Of a stretch of DNA of 42,850 nucleotides, positions 1 through 9,695 are shown one piece after another. The DNA comes from an uncultured Prevotella sp. (GTDB lineage Bacteria; Bacteroidota; Bacteroidia; Bacteroidales; Bacteroidaceae). A model generated the notes under the pieces. That model saw nothing but the letters and a program-made list of their open reading frames with translations, was not told where the DNA came from and did no database searches. The DNA is taken from NCBI GenBank assembly GCA_900551985.1, contig URYG01000001.1, positions 1 through 42,850 on the forward strand, in the 5' to 3' direction. Made by a program: the position numbers and the translations under genes. Each line of letters opens with the position of its first letter. Position 1 is the stretch's first letter.

Positions 1-1
1 T

Positions 2-2494
2 TTCCCGGGCTACTTCCTCATCGTGTCCGACTTCATCAAGGCGGCACGCGAAGAGCTGGGCGTAATGGTGGGACCGGGTCGTGGATCTGCGGCAGGTTCC
101 GTAGTGGCATACTGTCTGGGAATCACCAAGATAGACCCTCTGAAGTACGACCTGCTGTTTGAGCGTTTCCTGAACCCAGACCGTGTGAACCTGCCTGATA
201 TCGATACCGACTTCGATGACGACGGTCGAGGCAAGGTGCTGCGCTGGGTAATGGATAAGTACGGCCACGAGAACTGTGCCCACATTATTACATACGGTTC
301 GATGGCCACCAAGAACTCCATCAAGGATGTGGCGCGCGTAGAGAAGCTGCCTTTGGATAAGGCGAACGCCCTCTGCAAGGCGATTCCCGACCGTCTGCCC
401 GACGGAGCGAAGATGAACCTTGCCAACGCCATCAAATATACCCCGGAGCTGAAGGAGGCAGAATTCTCCAGCGACCCCCGTGAGAGCAATACCATCAAGT
501 ATGCCCGCATGCTCGAGGGAACCATCCGTGGCACGGGTATCCATGCCTGCGGATTCATCATCTGCCGAGACCCTATCAGCAACTGGGTGCCAGTATCTAC
601 CGCCGATGACCCTGATTTCCCGGGTCTGAAGACGGCTGTTACCCAGTACGACGGTCACGTGATCGAGACCACCGGACTCATCAAGATGGACTTCCTGGGT
701 CTGAAGACCCTCTCCGAGATGAAGGAGGCGTGCAAGGTAATCAAGCAGACCACGGGCGATATCGTAGATCTCGATACTATCCCTATCGACGATGAGCTAA
801 CCTATCAGCTCTACCAGCGCGGCCAGACCATCGGAACCTTCCAGTTTGAGTCGCCGGGCATGCAGAAGTATCTCCGTGAGCTGAAGCCAACGGTTTTCGA
901 GGACCTTATCGCCATGAACGCCCTCTACCGTCCGGGACCTATGGATTACATCCCCGACTTCATCGCCCGCAAGAACGGCCAGCAGGCTATCACCTACGAT
1001 ATCCCATGTATGGAGAAATACCTCAAGGATACCTACGGCATCACGGTATATCAGGAGCAGGTGATGCTCCTTTCCCGTCAGCTGGCTAGCTTCACCCGAG
1101 GCGAGTCTGATGCCCTCCGTAAGGCGATGGGTAAGAAGAAGAAGGCAATCGTAGATGCGATGAAGCCGAAGTTCATCAAGCAGGGACAGGAGAACGGTCA
1201 CGATCCGGCTGTGCTCGAGAAGATCTGGGGCGACTGGGAGAAGTTTGCATCCTACGCCTTCAACAAGTCGCACGCCACCTGCTATTCCTGGGTAGCCTAT
1301 CAGACTGCCTATCTCAAGGCGCACTATCCAGCCGAATACATGGCAGCGCTGATGACCCGCCGCTTTGCGCAGATCACCGAGATTACCAAGCTGATGGAGG
1401 AGTGCCAGTCGATGGACATCAAGACCCTGGGACCGGATGTAAACGAGAGCTACCGTGCCTTCGGTGTGAACGAGCATGGCGAGATACGCTTCGGACTCTC
1501 CGCCATCAAGGGAATGGGAACTCCGGCAGCCGATGCCATCGTGGCAGAGCGCCTGAAGAATGGCCCTTACAAAAACATCTTCGATTTTGCCGAGCGTGTG
1601 GATTTCTCCAATGTCAACCGCAAGGCATTCGAAAGTCTGGCTCTGAGTGGCGGTTTCGACAGCTTCGGCATCCGCCGCGAGCAGTACTTCGGCAAGAACA
1701 GCAAGGGCGATACCTTCCTGGATACGCTCGTAAGATACGGTCAGCTCTACCAGCAGGAGCAGCGCGAGGCAGCCACCTCGCTCTTCGGAGGCGTAGAGGC
1801 GGTGGAGATAGCCACTCCTCCTATTCCGGAAGCTGAATCCTGGAGCACCATCGAGAGACTCAACAGGGAGCGCGAGCTCGTGGGCATCTATCTCTCGGCT
1901 CATCCGCTCGACGATTACGAAATCATCCTCCGCAACCTCTGCAATACCCATTGCTCTGAACTGGGCGACAAGGTGGAGCTTGCCAAGAAGGAGGATGTGG
2001 TATTCGGCGGCATCATCACCGGGGTGAAATCCAAGTTCACCAAGACCGGCAAACCGTGCGGCTTCGTCACCATCGAGGATTTCGAAGGCTCGGGCGAGCT
2101 GGCGCTCTTCGGTGAGGACTGGGGCAACTGGCGCGGCATCATGGTAGAGGGCAGCACCATCTTCGTTACGGCGAAGTGTGTATCCCGTTACGGCAACAGC
2201 AACTATCTCGACTTCAAGATCAGCACCGTGGAGTATCTCCAGACCGTGAAGGAGAACCGCCTGGAGAAGTTTACCATCATCGTGGACAGTACGGTGATAG
2301 ATGAAACGCTGGTGAATGATATCAAGACGCTGGTGGAGAATGATGAGGGCAAGGCTCAGCTCTTCCTTCAGATTCACGATGCCGAGACCAAGACCAATGT
2401 GCTGCTGCGTGCGCAGGACCGCACGGTGGGAGTGAGCAGGGAGCTGATACAGTTTGTCAACGACCATCCGAAGATGTCGTATCAGATCAATTAA
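2..2494 (+). CDS. dnaE: DNA polymerase III alpha subunit (5' part outside window)
   Basis: The frame is open from base 2 (FPGYFLIVSDF). Motifs GPGRGSAAGS, LLFERFLNPDR, PDIDTDF, KMDFLGL and YAFNKSHA are present, followed by a C-terminal OB fold. Confidence 0.98.
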   Translation, partial: FPGYFLIVSDFIKAAREELGVMVGPGRGSAAGSVVAYCLGITKIDPLKYDLLFERFLNPDRVNLPDIDTDFDDDGRGKVLRWVMDKYGHENCAHIITYGSMATKNSIKDVARVEKLPLDKANALCKAIPDRLPDGAKMNLANAIKYTPELKEAEFSSDPRESNTIKYARMLEGTIRGTGIHACGFIICRDPISNWVPVSTADDPDFPGLKTAVTQYDGHVIETTGLIKMDFLGLKTLSEMKEACKVIKQTTGDIVDLDTIPIDDELTYQLYQRGQTIGTFQFESPGMQKYLRELKPTVFEDLIAMNALYRPGPMDYIPDFIARKNGQQAITYDIPCMEKYLKDTYGITVYQEQVMLLSRQLASFTRGESDALRKAMGKKKKAIVDAMKPKFIKQGQENGHDPAVLEKIWGDWEKFASYAFNKSHATCYSWVAYQTAYLKAHYPAEYMAALMTRRFAQITEITKLMEECQSMDIKTLGPDVNESYRAFGVNEHGEIRFGLSAIKGMGTPAADAIVAERLKNGPYKNIFDFAERVDFSNVNRKAFESLALSGGFDSFGIRREQYFGKNSKGDTFLDTLVRYGQLYQQEQREAATSLFGGVEAVEIATPPIPEAESWSTIERLNRERELVGIYLSAHPLDDYEIILRNLCNTHCSELGDKVELAKKEDVVFGGIITGVKSKFTKTGKPCGFVTIEDFEGSGELALFGEDWGNWRGIMVEGSTIFVTAKCVSRYGNSNYLDFKISTVEYLQTVKENRLEKFTIIVDSTVIDETLVNDIKTLVENDEGKAQLFLQIHDAETKTNVLLRAQDRTVGVSRELIQFVNDHPKMSYQIN

Positions 2495-2540
2495 AAATGA
2501 TTCATGAGAATATTATTAACTATATAAAAAGGTAGAAAAA

Positions 2541-2855
2541 ATGGAAGTAACAATTACAACCGAGAATTTCGAGAGTTACAAGAATGGCGAGTTGCCATTG
2601 GTAGTAGATTTGTGGGCTACATGGTGTGGTCCTTGCCGCCAGATTGCTCCTATCGTGTCAGAATTGGCAGAGGAGTTTGACGGTAAGTTGGTAGTTGGTA
2701 AGTGTGATGTAGAGGAGAACGACGACATCGCAATGGAGTTTGGCGTTCGCAACATCCCTACCATCCTTTTCTTCAAGGGTGGCCAGCTGGTTGACAAGTT
2801 TGTTGGTGCAGCCAACAAGTCAACTCTCAAGGAGAAGTTTGAGTCTCTGCTGTAA
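2541..2855 (+). CDS. trxA: Thioredoxin
   Basis: 104 aa with the WCGPC active site and the IPT cis-proline motif. Confidence 0.97.
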   Translation: MEVTITTENFESYKNGELPLVVDLWATWCGPCRQIAPIVSELAEEFDGKLVVGKCDVEENDDIAMEFGVRNIPTILFFKGGQLVDKFVGAANKSTLKEKFESLL

Positions 2856-2875
2856 AATAGGGCAGAAGCTAATAA

Positions 2876-2916
2876 GAAAGGGAGTGTGTCATTAGTTCAT
2901 GACACACCCTCTTTTT
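2876..2916 (+). terminator. Intrinsic terminator between convergent trxA and tsaE (probably bidirectional)
   Basis: Stem GTGTGTCAT/ATGACACAC with an A-rich left flank and a T-run on the right. Confidence 0.75.
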
Positions 2917-2977
2917 CGTTTCTTCATCGGATATTTTTCATCGGATGGTTTTCTTCATCGGATGAATACCCCCGAAC

Positions 2978-3388
2978 CTAGAATTCTACGCTTCTGCTAC
3001 CATCTTCCTCCACGGTGATGGTCACCTTGGTGCAATCCTCCGGCAGCAGGTCCTCGATGAGTTCCGGCCACTCCAGGAAGCAGAGGTTTCCGCCGTAGAA
3101 GTAATCCTCGTATCCCATATCATATACCTCATCAATCTTCTTGATGCGGTAGAAATCGAAATGGTAGATAGGATCGCCGTTTCCGGCAGTGTATTCGTTG
3201 ACGAGAGCGAAGGTAGGCGAGGTGATTACATCCTCTACGCCCAGTTCCTCGCAGATAGCTTTTACGAAAGTTGTCTTTCCGGCACCCATCTTGCCATAGA
3301 AGGCAAAGACCTTACCGTCGCCCATGTTCTGCAGGAATTCCTTGGCTGCAGCATGGATGTTGTCTAATGAATCAATCTTAATCTTCAT
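2978..3388 (-). CDS. tsaE: tRNA t6A biosynthesis ATPase TsaE
   Basis: Walker A GKMGAGKT, plus SPTF, HFDFYR and EWP motifs; 136 aa. Confidence 0.96.
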   Translation of the reverse strand: MKIKIDSLDNIHAAAKEFLQNMGDGKVFAFYGKMGAGKTTFVKAICEELGVEDVITSPTFALVNEYTAGNGDPIYHFDFYRIKKIDEVYDMGYEDYFYGGNLCFLEWPELIEDLLPEDCTKVTITVEEDGSRSVEF

Positions 3389-3391
3389 ATA

Positions 3392-3433
3392 TTTAACTTT
3401 GAACTTTGAATTTTGAACTTTATGATTAGCAAA
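3392..3433 (-). repeat. Heptamer-repeat element copy A
   Basis: Plus strand reads tttaac tttgaac tttgaat tttgaac tttatgattagcaaa, abutting the tsaE start codon. Confidence 0.9.
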
Positions 3434-3451
3434 CTGGTTGCTGTTTTTTCT

Positions 3452-5083
3452 TTAACTCCTCTTTCTCGGTGTCAGGGTGATGAGCGGAATGAGCATTTCC
3501 TCCATCGAGATGCCACCGTGCTGGAAGGTATCCTTGTAGTACGAAACGTAGTAATTGTAGTTGTTCGGATAGGCGAAGAAGGCGTCTCCGTAGGCAAAGA
3601 CATACGATGTACTCAGGTTGGGAGCAGGCAACTGTGCCCTTTTCGGGTTCCTGATGGTGAAAACCTCCTTGGCATTGCAGGCAAGGTTCTTGCCCAGCTT
3701 GTAGCGCAGGTTGGTATTCGTGTTGCGGTCGCCGATAATCTTGATGGGCTTCGAGGCACGGATGCTTCCGTGGTCGGTGGTGATCACCACCTTGCAGTCT
3801 TCCTGCGATAGCCTCCTGAAGAGTTCCGAGAGCACCGAGTGGCGCAGCCAACTCTGCGTGATGCTGCGGTAGGCACTCTCCGTATTGGCGAGTTCTCGTA
3901 CCATCTTCGATTCCGTTCGGGCATGCGAGAGCATATCGATGAAGTTGATCACCAGCACGTTCAGGTCCTTCTCCCTGCATTCGTTGTAGTGCTCCATAAA
4001 GCGGTCGGCGCCCAGCGAATCGTTCACCTTGTGATAGCTGAAGCTGTATCGCTTGCGGTATCTGTCGAGCATCGTCTGTATCAGCGGCTCCTCGTTCAGG
4101 TTCTTGCCCTCCTCCTCGTCTTCATCCACCCAGAGCTCCGGAAACATCTCGGCAATCCGGTTGGGCATCAGACCGCTGAAGATGGCGTTCCGGGCGTATT
4201 GCGTGGCGGTAGGCAGGATGCTCATATACATATCTTCATCTATGTCGAACAGCTCGGCGATGTCAGCCGCCAGCATCTTCCACTGGTCGTATCTGAAGTT
4301 GTCTATCACGATGAGAAACACCTTCTCGCCCTTGTCCAGAATCGGGAAGATTCTGTTCTTGAAGACATCCGGGCTCATCATCGGGCGGTTGTCGGAAGAA
4401 GATGCATCGGCAGCCTTTCCGGCATTCCCGCTCATTCCGAACCTTCCATCCTTTCCGGCATTCTCATTCCTCTTTGGATCAACCCATTCCAGATAGTTCT
4501 TGGCGATGAACTTGGCGAATCCGATGTTTGCCTCCTCCTTCTGCATGGCGAGCATTTCGGTCATCTGGCTGTCGGTATCGCTCAGTTCCAGTTCCCATTT
4601 CACGAGTCTTCTGTATATCTCCATCCAGTCTTGGCAGGTACGGCAGTCCATCATCTTCAGGGCAATCTGCTGGTAGTCCTGCTGGTATCCGCTCTGCGTC
4701 ACCTCGGTCACGATATCCTTTCGGTGGATGTTCTTTTTCAGCGAGAGCAGGATTTGGCTCGGGTTGACGGGCTTGATGAGATAGTCAGCGATTTTCGACC
4801 CGATAGCCTGGTCCATGATGTTCTCCTCTTCGCTCTTAGTACACATCACAACGGGAGTTGCGGGCTGGATGTCCTTGATTTGCTGCAGGGTCTCCAGTCC
4901 GCTCAGTCCAGGCATCATTTCATCGAGGAGGATGAGGTCGAAGGTTTGCTGCCGGCACAGTTCGATGGCATCCGAGCCATTGCTCACCGTAGCAACCTCG
5001 TAACCCTTCTTTTCCAGGAAGATGATATGCGCCTTGAGGAGCTCAATCTCATCATCGATCCATAGTAATAATCCGTTGCTCAT
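3452..5083 (-). CDS. porX: T9SS response regulator PorX (receiver plus PglZ/alkaline-phosphatase-like domain)
   Basis: N-terminal receiver (WIDDE, LLDEMMP, KP). C-terminal PglZ motifs IDNFRYD, LPTATQYARNAIFSG, TTDHG and FQHGGIS. Adjacent to tsaE, as is usual in Bacteroidetes. Confidence 0.92.
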   Translation of the reverse strand: MSNGLLLWIDDEIELLKAHIIFLEKKGYEVATVSNGSDAIELCRQQTFDLILLDEMMPGLSGLETLQQIKDIQPATPVVMCTKSEEENIMDQAIGSKIADYLIKPVNPSQILLSLKKNIHRKDIVTEVTQSGYQQDYQQIALKMMDCRTCQDWMEIYRRLVKWELELSDTDSQMTEMLAMQKEEANIGFAKFIAKNYLEWVDPKRNENAGKDGRFGMSGNAGKAADASSSDNRPMMSPDVFKNRIFPILDKGEKVFLIVIDNFRYDQWKMLAADIAELFDIDEDMYMSILPTATQYARNAIFSGLMPNRIAEMFPELWVDEDEEEGKNLNEEPLIQTMLDRYRKRYSFSYHKVNDSLGADRFMEHYNECREKDLNVLVINFIDMLSHARTESKMVRELANTESAYRSITQSWLRHSVLSELFRRLSQEDCKVVITTDHGSIRASKPIKIIGDRNTNTNLRYKLGKNLACNAKEVFTIRNPKRAQLPAPNLSTSYVFAYGDAFFAYPNNYNYYVSYYKDTFQHGGISMEEMLIPLITLTPRKRS

Positions 5084-5207
5084 ATTGCAGTATCCTTTTA
5101 GAGTATCTTTTTTGCTGTATCCTTTTAGGATATCTTTTTTTTCGAGGTGCTAAAGTACAAAGAATAATTGAATGACGGAAGAGAGTTGTGGTTAAAGAAA
5201 CTTAATT

Positions 5208-5246
5208 GAAAAAAAAAGTGCCGATAAGCTTTACTTACCGGCACTT
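5208..5246 (-). terminator. Intrinsic terminator
   Basis: Minus strand AAGTGCCGGTAAG-loop-CTTATCGGCACTT followed by a long T run. The single non-Watson-Crick pair is G-U only on the minus strand. Confidence 0.85.
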
Positions 5247-5409
5247 CTTGTTAGTGTTTGTAATGTTCTACGACATGCAGCTCGTCACGCCCAGTGAGGC
5301 GGCGATGGAGTTTACTTACAAATTAGTGAGGCATCCTGTTTTACGGATTACTTACAAGGATTCTTGGTCTTTTTTATAATATTAAGGCCGGGAATCCGTT
5401 ATTATTATC
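5208..5409 (-). ncRNA. Candidate small RNA (~200 nt)
   Basis: TACTTTTG -7 element on the minus strand (5415-5422) and a minus-strand terminator at 5208-5246. No meaningful ORF lies between them, and an internal motif is repeated. Confidence 0.5.
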
Positions 5410-5462
5410 GAAAGCAAAAGTAAATAATCAATAATAATAGAAAAGAAAGAAAAGAAGAAACA

Positions 5463-5738
5463 ATGCTCAAGATTGTAATGATCATGCTGTGCGGAATAGG
5501 TACGGGGTACCTGCTCCGCAACAAGAAAATGAGTTTTATCGGCCGTATCATTACGGCGCTTATCTGGGTGCTCCTCTTCCTGCTCGGCATCGAGGTGGGA
5601 TCGAACCCCCGTATTGTCAATGGTCTTCAGACCCTGGGACTCGAAGCCATCGTGCTCACGATAGCCGGAAGTCTGGGTAGTGCAATCTTTGCGTGGGCAT
5701 TGTGGAGATATGTCTGCAGAAAGGAGGCTGGGAAATGA
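5463..5738 (+). CDS. LysO/DUF340 family transporter, small (N-terminal-like) part
   Basis: 91 aa, three hydrophobic segments, LLFLLGIEVG motif. Its stop overlaps the next start (ATGA). Confidence 0.75.
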   Translation: MLKIVMIMLCGIGTGYLLRNKKMSFIGRIITALIWVLLFLLGIEVGSNPRIVNGLQTLGLEAIVLTIAGSLGSAIFAWALWRYVCRKEAGK

Positions 5739-6340
5739 AAGGCAGTCTGATTATCGTAGGCTTCTTCGTGCTGGGCATCATCGTGGGTGTGTGGGATGTG
5801 ATTCCTGCCAGTTTTATGGCGAGCGACGTGAGCTATTATGCTCTCTGCTGCCTGATGTTCTGCGTGGGTATCAGCATCGGTTGCGATACCTCTATCCTGA
5901 AGAGTTTCAGAAAGGTGAATCCCCGACTGATGATGCTGCCGGTGATGACCATTCTGGGAACCCTTGCCGGATGCGCGGCTGCCTCCCTGATACTGGGACA
6001 CCGTCAGCTCTCCGACTGTCTCGCCATCGGTTCGGGCTTCGGATACTACTCGCTGTCGAGCATCTTCATCACGCAGTACCGGGGTGCCGAGCTGGGTACC
6101 ATCGCCCTGCTTGCCAACATCTGCCGTGAGATTCTCACCCTGCTTGGTGCGCCTCTGCTGGCGAAGTATTTCGGCAAGCTGGCGCCTATCAGCGTAGGTG
6201 GAGCCACCACGATGGATACCACGTTGCCTATCATCACCCGCTATTCGGGCGAGAGCTTCATCATCGTTTCCATCTTCCACGGCTTCTGCGTAGATTTCTC
6301 CGTACCGTTCCTGGTTACCTTCTTCTGTTCGCTCGAATAA
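5735..6340 (+). CDS. Lysine exporter LysO (DUF340) family protein
   Basis: GFGYYSLS, NICRE and GGATTMDTTLP motifs. Start taken at the ATGA overlap at 5735. Confidence 0.85.
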   Translation: MKGSLIIVGFFVLGIIVGVWDVIPASFMASDVSYYALCCLMFCVGISIGCDTSILKSFRKVNPRLMMLPVMTILGTLAGCAAASLILGHRQLSDCLAIGSGFGYYSLSSIFITQYRGAELGTIALLANICREILTLLGAPLLAKYFGKLAPISVGGATTMDTTLPIITRYSGESFIIVSIFHGFCVDFSVPFLVTFFCSLE

Positions 6341-6387
6341 AGGGAAGTTAAGAGAAGTTAGAGGGAAGTTAAGAGAAGTTAGAGGGA
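6341..6387. repeat. 21-nt tandem repeat between convergent genes
   Basis: AGGGAAGTTAAGAGAAGTTAG twice plus a partial third copy. Confidence 0.9.
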
Positions 6388-6428
6388 CAAATGTCCTGCG
6401 TTTTACGACTGAGAAGCCTCCCTGCTTT

Positions 6429-9400
6429 TTAGAATCCATCCAGCTCGATGTATTCATCATCGGCTTCTGAATCAGGGGCATTCGAGTCGTCGAAGTAGAT
6501 GCCGGTATCGGTATCTTCTGCTGGCTGGGGCTCGAAATCGATTCCATTGTCTTCAGGATCCTTCTTCTGAGAATCATTTCCATTCTTCAGAGAATCTTCT
6601 TCCTTCAGAGATTCTTCTTCCTTCAGAGATTCTTCTTCCTTCTGGGAATCCTTATCCACTACGATTTCCGCTGGCTCCATCAGCAGGCGCATCTTGCTGA
6701 TTTTCAGCGGTGCGAAGTGGCGGGTATAGAACTTGTCGTAATCATCATACGAGAGATTTCTGCCCAGAAGCTCGAGGTTCGGCTCGCTGATGACGTAGCT
6801 TCTCGCCTGCGAAATGAGGCGGAGGATGCTGGTCTGCTGATGCAGTTCGTTGGCATACTGGCGAGCCTCGTCGTAGTTCTGAAAACCGCTTACCTGCAGG
6901 CGATGCAACCCCTGGAGGGCTTCGATGCTGATGTCGAAATTGCGTGCCATATAGGTGGTGAAGTTATACTTGGCTACCTCGAAGAGCAGCTGGTTCTCGT
7001 TGACGGAATCAGGACTGTAGGCGAGCAGGAAGACAAACCGGTCGTTGCGGTCGGCTGAGAATCCTTTCTGCCGGGTGGAGTCCTGGGAGCTGAGCACATC
7101 GCTGCGCTTCGCCCAGACATTGCTCAGGTCGAACTTTCCGCCGTAGAGTCGTCTTCCGGCATTCACGCCGTTTACGATCATTCCCGCCATCTCGCTCAAA
7201 CGGCTGTTGGGATATTGCGCTATCACCTGGTTCATCTTTTCCAGACATTCGGAAACCTTGCCCTCGTTGAGCTGAGTCATACCGCTGATGAAGAGGAACT
7301 TGTCGCGGTTCGCGCCCGATGGGAACCGCTTGTCTGATATTTCCGAGTTGTGCATCACCACCTCGTACTTGCCCTCTTTGAAGGCTTGGTAGGTGAGGGT
7401 GTAGATGGAATCTTCGATGTGTGCACCCATCCTCGCATTCTCCAGATAGTAAGGGTCGGAGAGGAGGGCGGTGAACTGGCTTTCGGGATAATCCTTCTTC
7501 AGTTTTTCGACATAGCTATCTGCCTTCTGCGTCTGCTTCTTTCGGGAATAAAGCAGATACAGATGGTAATAGGCATCGTCGAGATGTGCGAAATCTGGAA
7601 AGTTATCCACCAGTCGGAGCAGCATCTTCTCGCTCAGCGCCAGGTTGTCGAGCCGGTCTTTGAAGATGATTCCGGCGTGGTATAGGCCATCCGCCAGGAG
7701 CTGGTTGCTCGCTGCTTTCTGTTCTGGGGTGAACGGAATCTGAGCCAGATAATAAGCCCGCTGATGAGGGTCGAGGCTGGTGCTGTCAGCTGATGCTTTG
7801 CCGGATTCTTTCTGGGATAAAGAATGGGATTGAGAATCTCGTGATGCATCATTTAATGCATCATTCTGAAGCTTGGAATCTTGTGCGGAAGTTATTTCTT
7901 GCTTAGTATCTGTTTCTTGAGCAGAAATTGTTCCTTGAACCGAAATTGTTCTTTGCTCGGAATCTGTTCTTTGAGCGATATCCGTTTCCTGTGCCGAAGC
8001 CACAACGGTTTTGTTGATTCGCTGCCAGTTGTCGAGGTTCTTTCGCTTGCCCCAGAGCTTCTCGAAGAGAGCTTTACCCTGGCTCACGGCAGCAGGGGAA
8101 TAGAAATACCAGGTATTGGTATTGCCGAATCCGTTTCCAGATGCATTTCCGAATCCGTTTCCAGATGTGTTCCCGGAACCATTTCCGGATCCATTTTCGA
8201 ATCTATTCCCGGAACCGTTCCCATCAACTCCTCCTTCATATTCCGAATTTATCTCTGCTCCTTCGTCCCATCTCCTTCTTTCTTCCTCTTTCTCCTTTCT
8301 TTTCAGGGCAGCTATCACCCGGTCGATGGCAGCATTCCTCTCTCTCTCGTCCATTTTGGCAAGAGACTGCAGGGAGTCCTGGAGGGCGATGGCATCGGTA
8401 TAAGGCACCAGTTCGTCCAGCACCTTGGAGCGATGAGCCAGCTGCGGATAATCCTTTCTGTCCTGATCGAGCAAGCCGATTGCTTCGCCATAGCAGCGCT
8501 TGGCATCGGCATATCGTCCGGTTTCCCAATACAGATTGCCCAGACGCAGCAGGAGCACACCCTTCTCTATACCGTTTCGGGTAGCCTTCCGGTTGCCTTT
8601 TTCGTAGGCATAGATGGCACGCAGAGTATCTTTCTGGGCTAGGTGGATGTTGCCGATGGCATAATATACCTGGTCCTGATACTCCCTGTTCTTATCCGAT
8701 GCCGCCATGCGCTTGAGTCGGCTGATCATCTTCCTGCTGTTGCCAGAAGCCAAGACCTCGGTGATGGAGATGCGGGCATTAAACTCCAGTTCGTAGGGCG
8801 GATTGAGCCGGATAACGTGGCGGAAAGCCTGATAAGCCTCCTTCCGGTTGTCGATGGAAGCCTGCAACTGTCCCATCAGAAACCACTGGCGGGCTTTCTG
8901 CTTGTGTCGCATCTCATGGCTTATCACTTTTCTGAGATAGGGAATCGCCTTCCGGGCATCCCCCGTGTGGATATAGTAATCGGCGAAGGCATAATCCCAT
9001 TCCTTCTGTGCACGCCAGTGGATGGAATCGCGCTGGATGTTGCGGATTACATCTTCTGCATCGTAGGTCCAGCCCTGTTCGATATAGCATTTGGCAAGCC
9101 AGGCGCGCGCCTTGCCGTAGATGGCTGGCTGGGTGGAGTAAAGGCGGCTCATATAGGCGAAGGTGGCAGCAGCCCCCTCGAAATCTCCCTTCTGGAATTG
9201 CGAGCGGCCCATCAGCATCCATGCTTTCCATAAAAACGGATTGTATTCCCTGCGGCTGAGCCATTCGATATCTTTCGCTGTCTTTCTCTTGCCGGGCTGC
9301 CATTCGGGGCGACGCTTGATGCTGTGCTGGTGGATGGCTTTCTCGCATTTCTCGATGGCACGGTCGAAGTTGGCTTTGCCCAGATCGCGGCTGTTCTTGT

Positions 9401-9638
9401 TGCCTACGGTATAGAGCGGAATCTGCTCCGTAAAGTTGTCCCGGTTGCCTTCTTCCTTCTCCAGCGCTCCATCGATATAAGCCACGGTGCCGTTATAATA
9501 GGTATTGTATCGTGCATTAAAGGCATGCCACCACCTGCTCTGCGCCGTATTCTTCTGCGTAGAGCATCCTGTAAGGCTCGCTGCAATCACAGCGAGTGCT
9601 ATCAGAAAAAGGAGCTGGATGGGGCTTTTGCCTTTCAT
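6429..9638 (-). CDS. TPR lipoprotein of the SprE/PorW family (type IX secretion)
   Basis: Lipobox LTGC followed by STQKNT...HAFNARYNTYYNG. Multiple TPRs. WYFY...GK..F...WG.R...DNW motif typical of SprE/PorW. Confidence 0.8.
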   Translation of the reverse strand: MKGKSPIQLLFLIALAVIAASLTGCSTQKNTAQSRWWHAFNARYNTYYNGTVAYIDGALEKEEGNRDNFTEQIPLYTVGNKNSRDLGKANFDRAIEKCEKAIHQHSIKRRPEWQPGKRKTAKDIEWLSRREYNPFLWKAWMLMGRSQFQKGDFEGAAATFAYMSRLYSTQPAIYGKARAWLAKCYIEQGWTYDAEDVIRNIQRDSIHWRAQKEWDYAFADYYIHTGDARKAIPYLRKVISHEMRHKQKARQWFLMGQLQASIDNRKEAYQAFRHVIRLNPPYELEFNARISITEVLASGNSRKMISRLKRMAASDKNREYQDQVYYAIGNIHLAQKDTLRAIYAYEKGNRKATRNGIEKGVLLLRLGNLYWETGRYADAKRCYGEAIGLLDQDRKDYPQLAHRSKVLDELVPYTDAIALQDSLQSLAKMDERERNAAIDRVIAALKRKEKEEERRRWDEGAEINSEYEGGVDGNGSGNRFENGSGNGSGNTSGNGFGNASGNGFGNTNTWYFYSPAAVSQGKALFEKLWGKRKNLDNWQRINKTVVASAQETDIAQRTDSEQRTISVQGTISAQETDTKQEITSAQDSKLQNDALNDASRDSQSHSLSQKESGKASADSTSLDPHQRAYYLAQIPFTPEQKAASNQLLADGLYHAGIIFKDRLDNLALSEKMLLRLVDNFPDFAHLDDAYYHLYLLYSRKKQTQKADSYVEKLKKDYPESQFTALLSDPYYLENARMGAHIEDSIYTLTYQAFKEGKYEVVMHNSEISDKRFPSGANRDKFLFISGMTQLNEGKVSECLEKMNQVIAQYPNSRLSEMAGMIVNGVNAGRRLYGGKFDLSNVWAKRSDVLSSQDSTRQKGFSADRNDRFVFLLAYSPDSVNENQLLFEVAKYNFTTYMARNFDISIEALQGLHRLQVSGFQNYDEARQYANELHQQTSILRLISQARSYVISEPNLELLGRNLSYDDYDKFYTRHFAPLKISKMRLLMEPAEIVVDKDSQKEEESLKEEESLKEEDSLKNGNDSQKKDPEDNGIDFEPQPAEDTDTGIYFDDSNAPDSEADDEYIELDGF

Positions 9639-9695
9639 GTTTGTTTTCTATTTTTTCAGAAAATATCTATAGGTATCAGAATTCATCTATTGATA

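Noticed and set aside
797..2467. 556-aa antisense ORF, and similar long antisense ORFs at 3839-5065, 9324-10283, 18739-19707, 24902-25756 and 30566-31606
   Set aside because: They lie entirely opposite well-supported genes and have no recognisable motifs. They are the expected shadow ORFs of biased codon usage.
3452..5083. PglZ domain as evidence of a BREX defence system
   Set aside because: It is the receiver-PglZ architecture of PorX next to tsaE, with no other brx genes.
5208..5409. Identification of the candidate RNA as tRNA, SRP RNA, tmRNA, RNase P RNA or a known riboswitch
   Set aside because: I could not find the diagnostic motifs of any of these by eye, so it is left as an unclassified candidate.
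5693..5734. Longer N-terminus for the LysO ORF, and likewise 18490-18522 for DUF1599 and 40077-40175 for the accessory pilin
   Set aside because: Downstream ATGs fit better: an ATGA overlap, position relative to the promoter, and signal peptide placement respectively.
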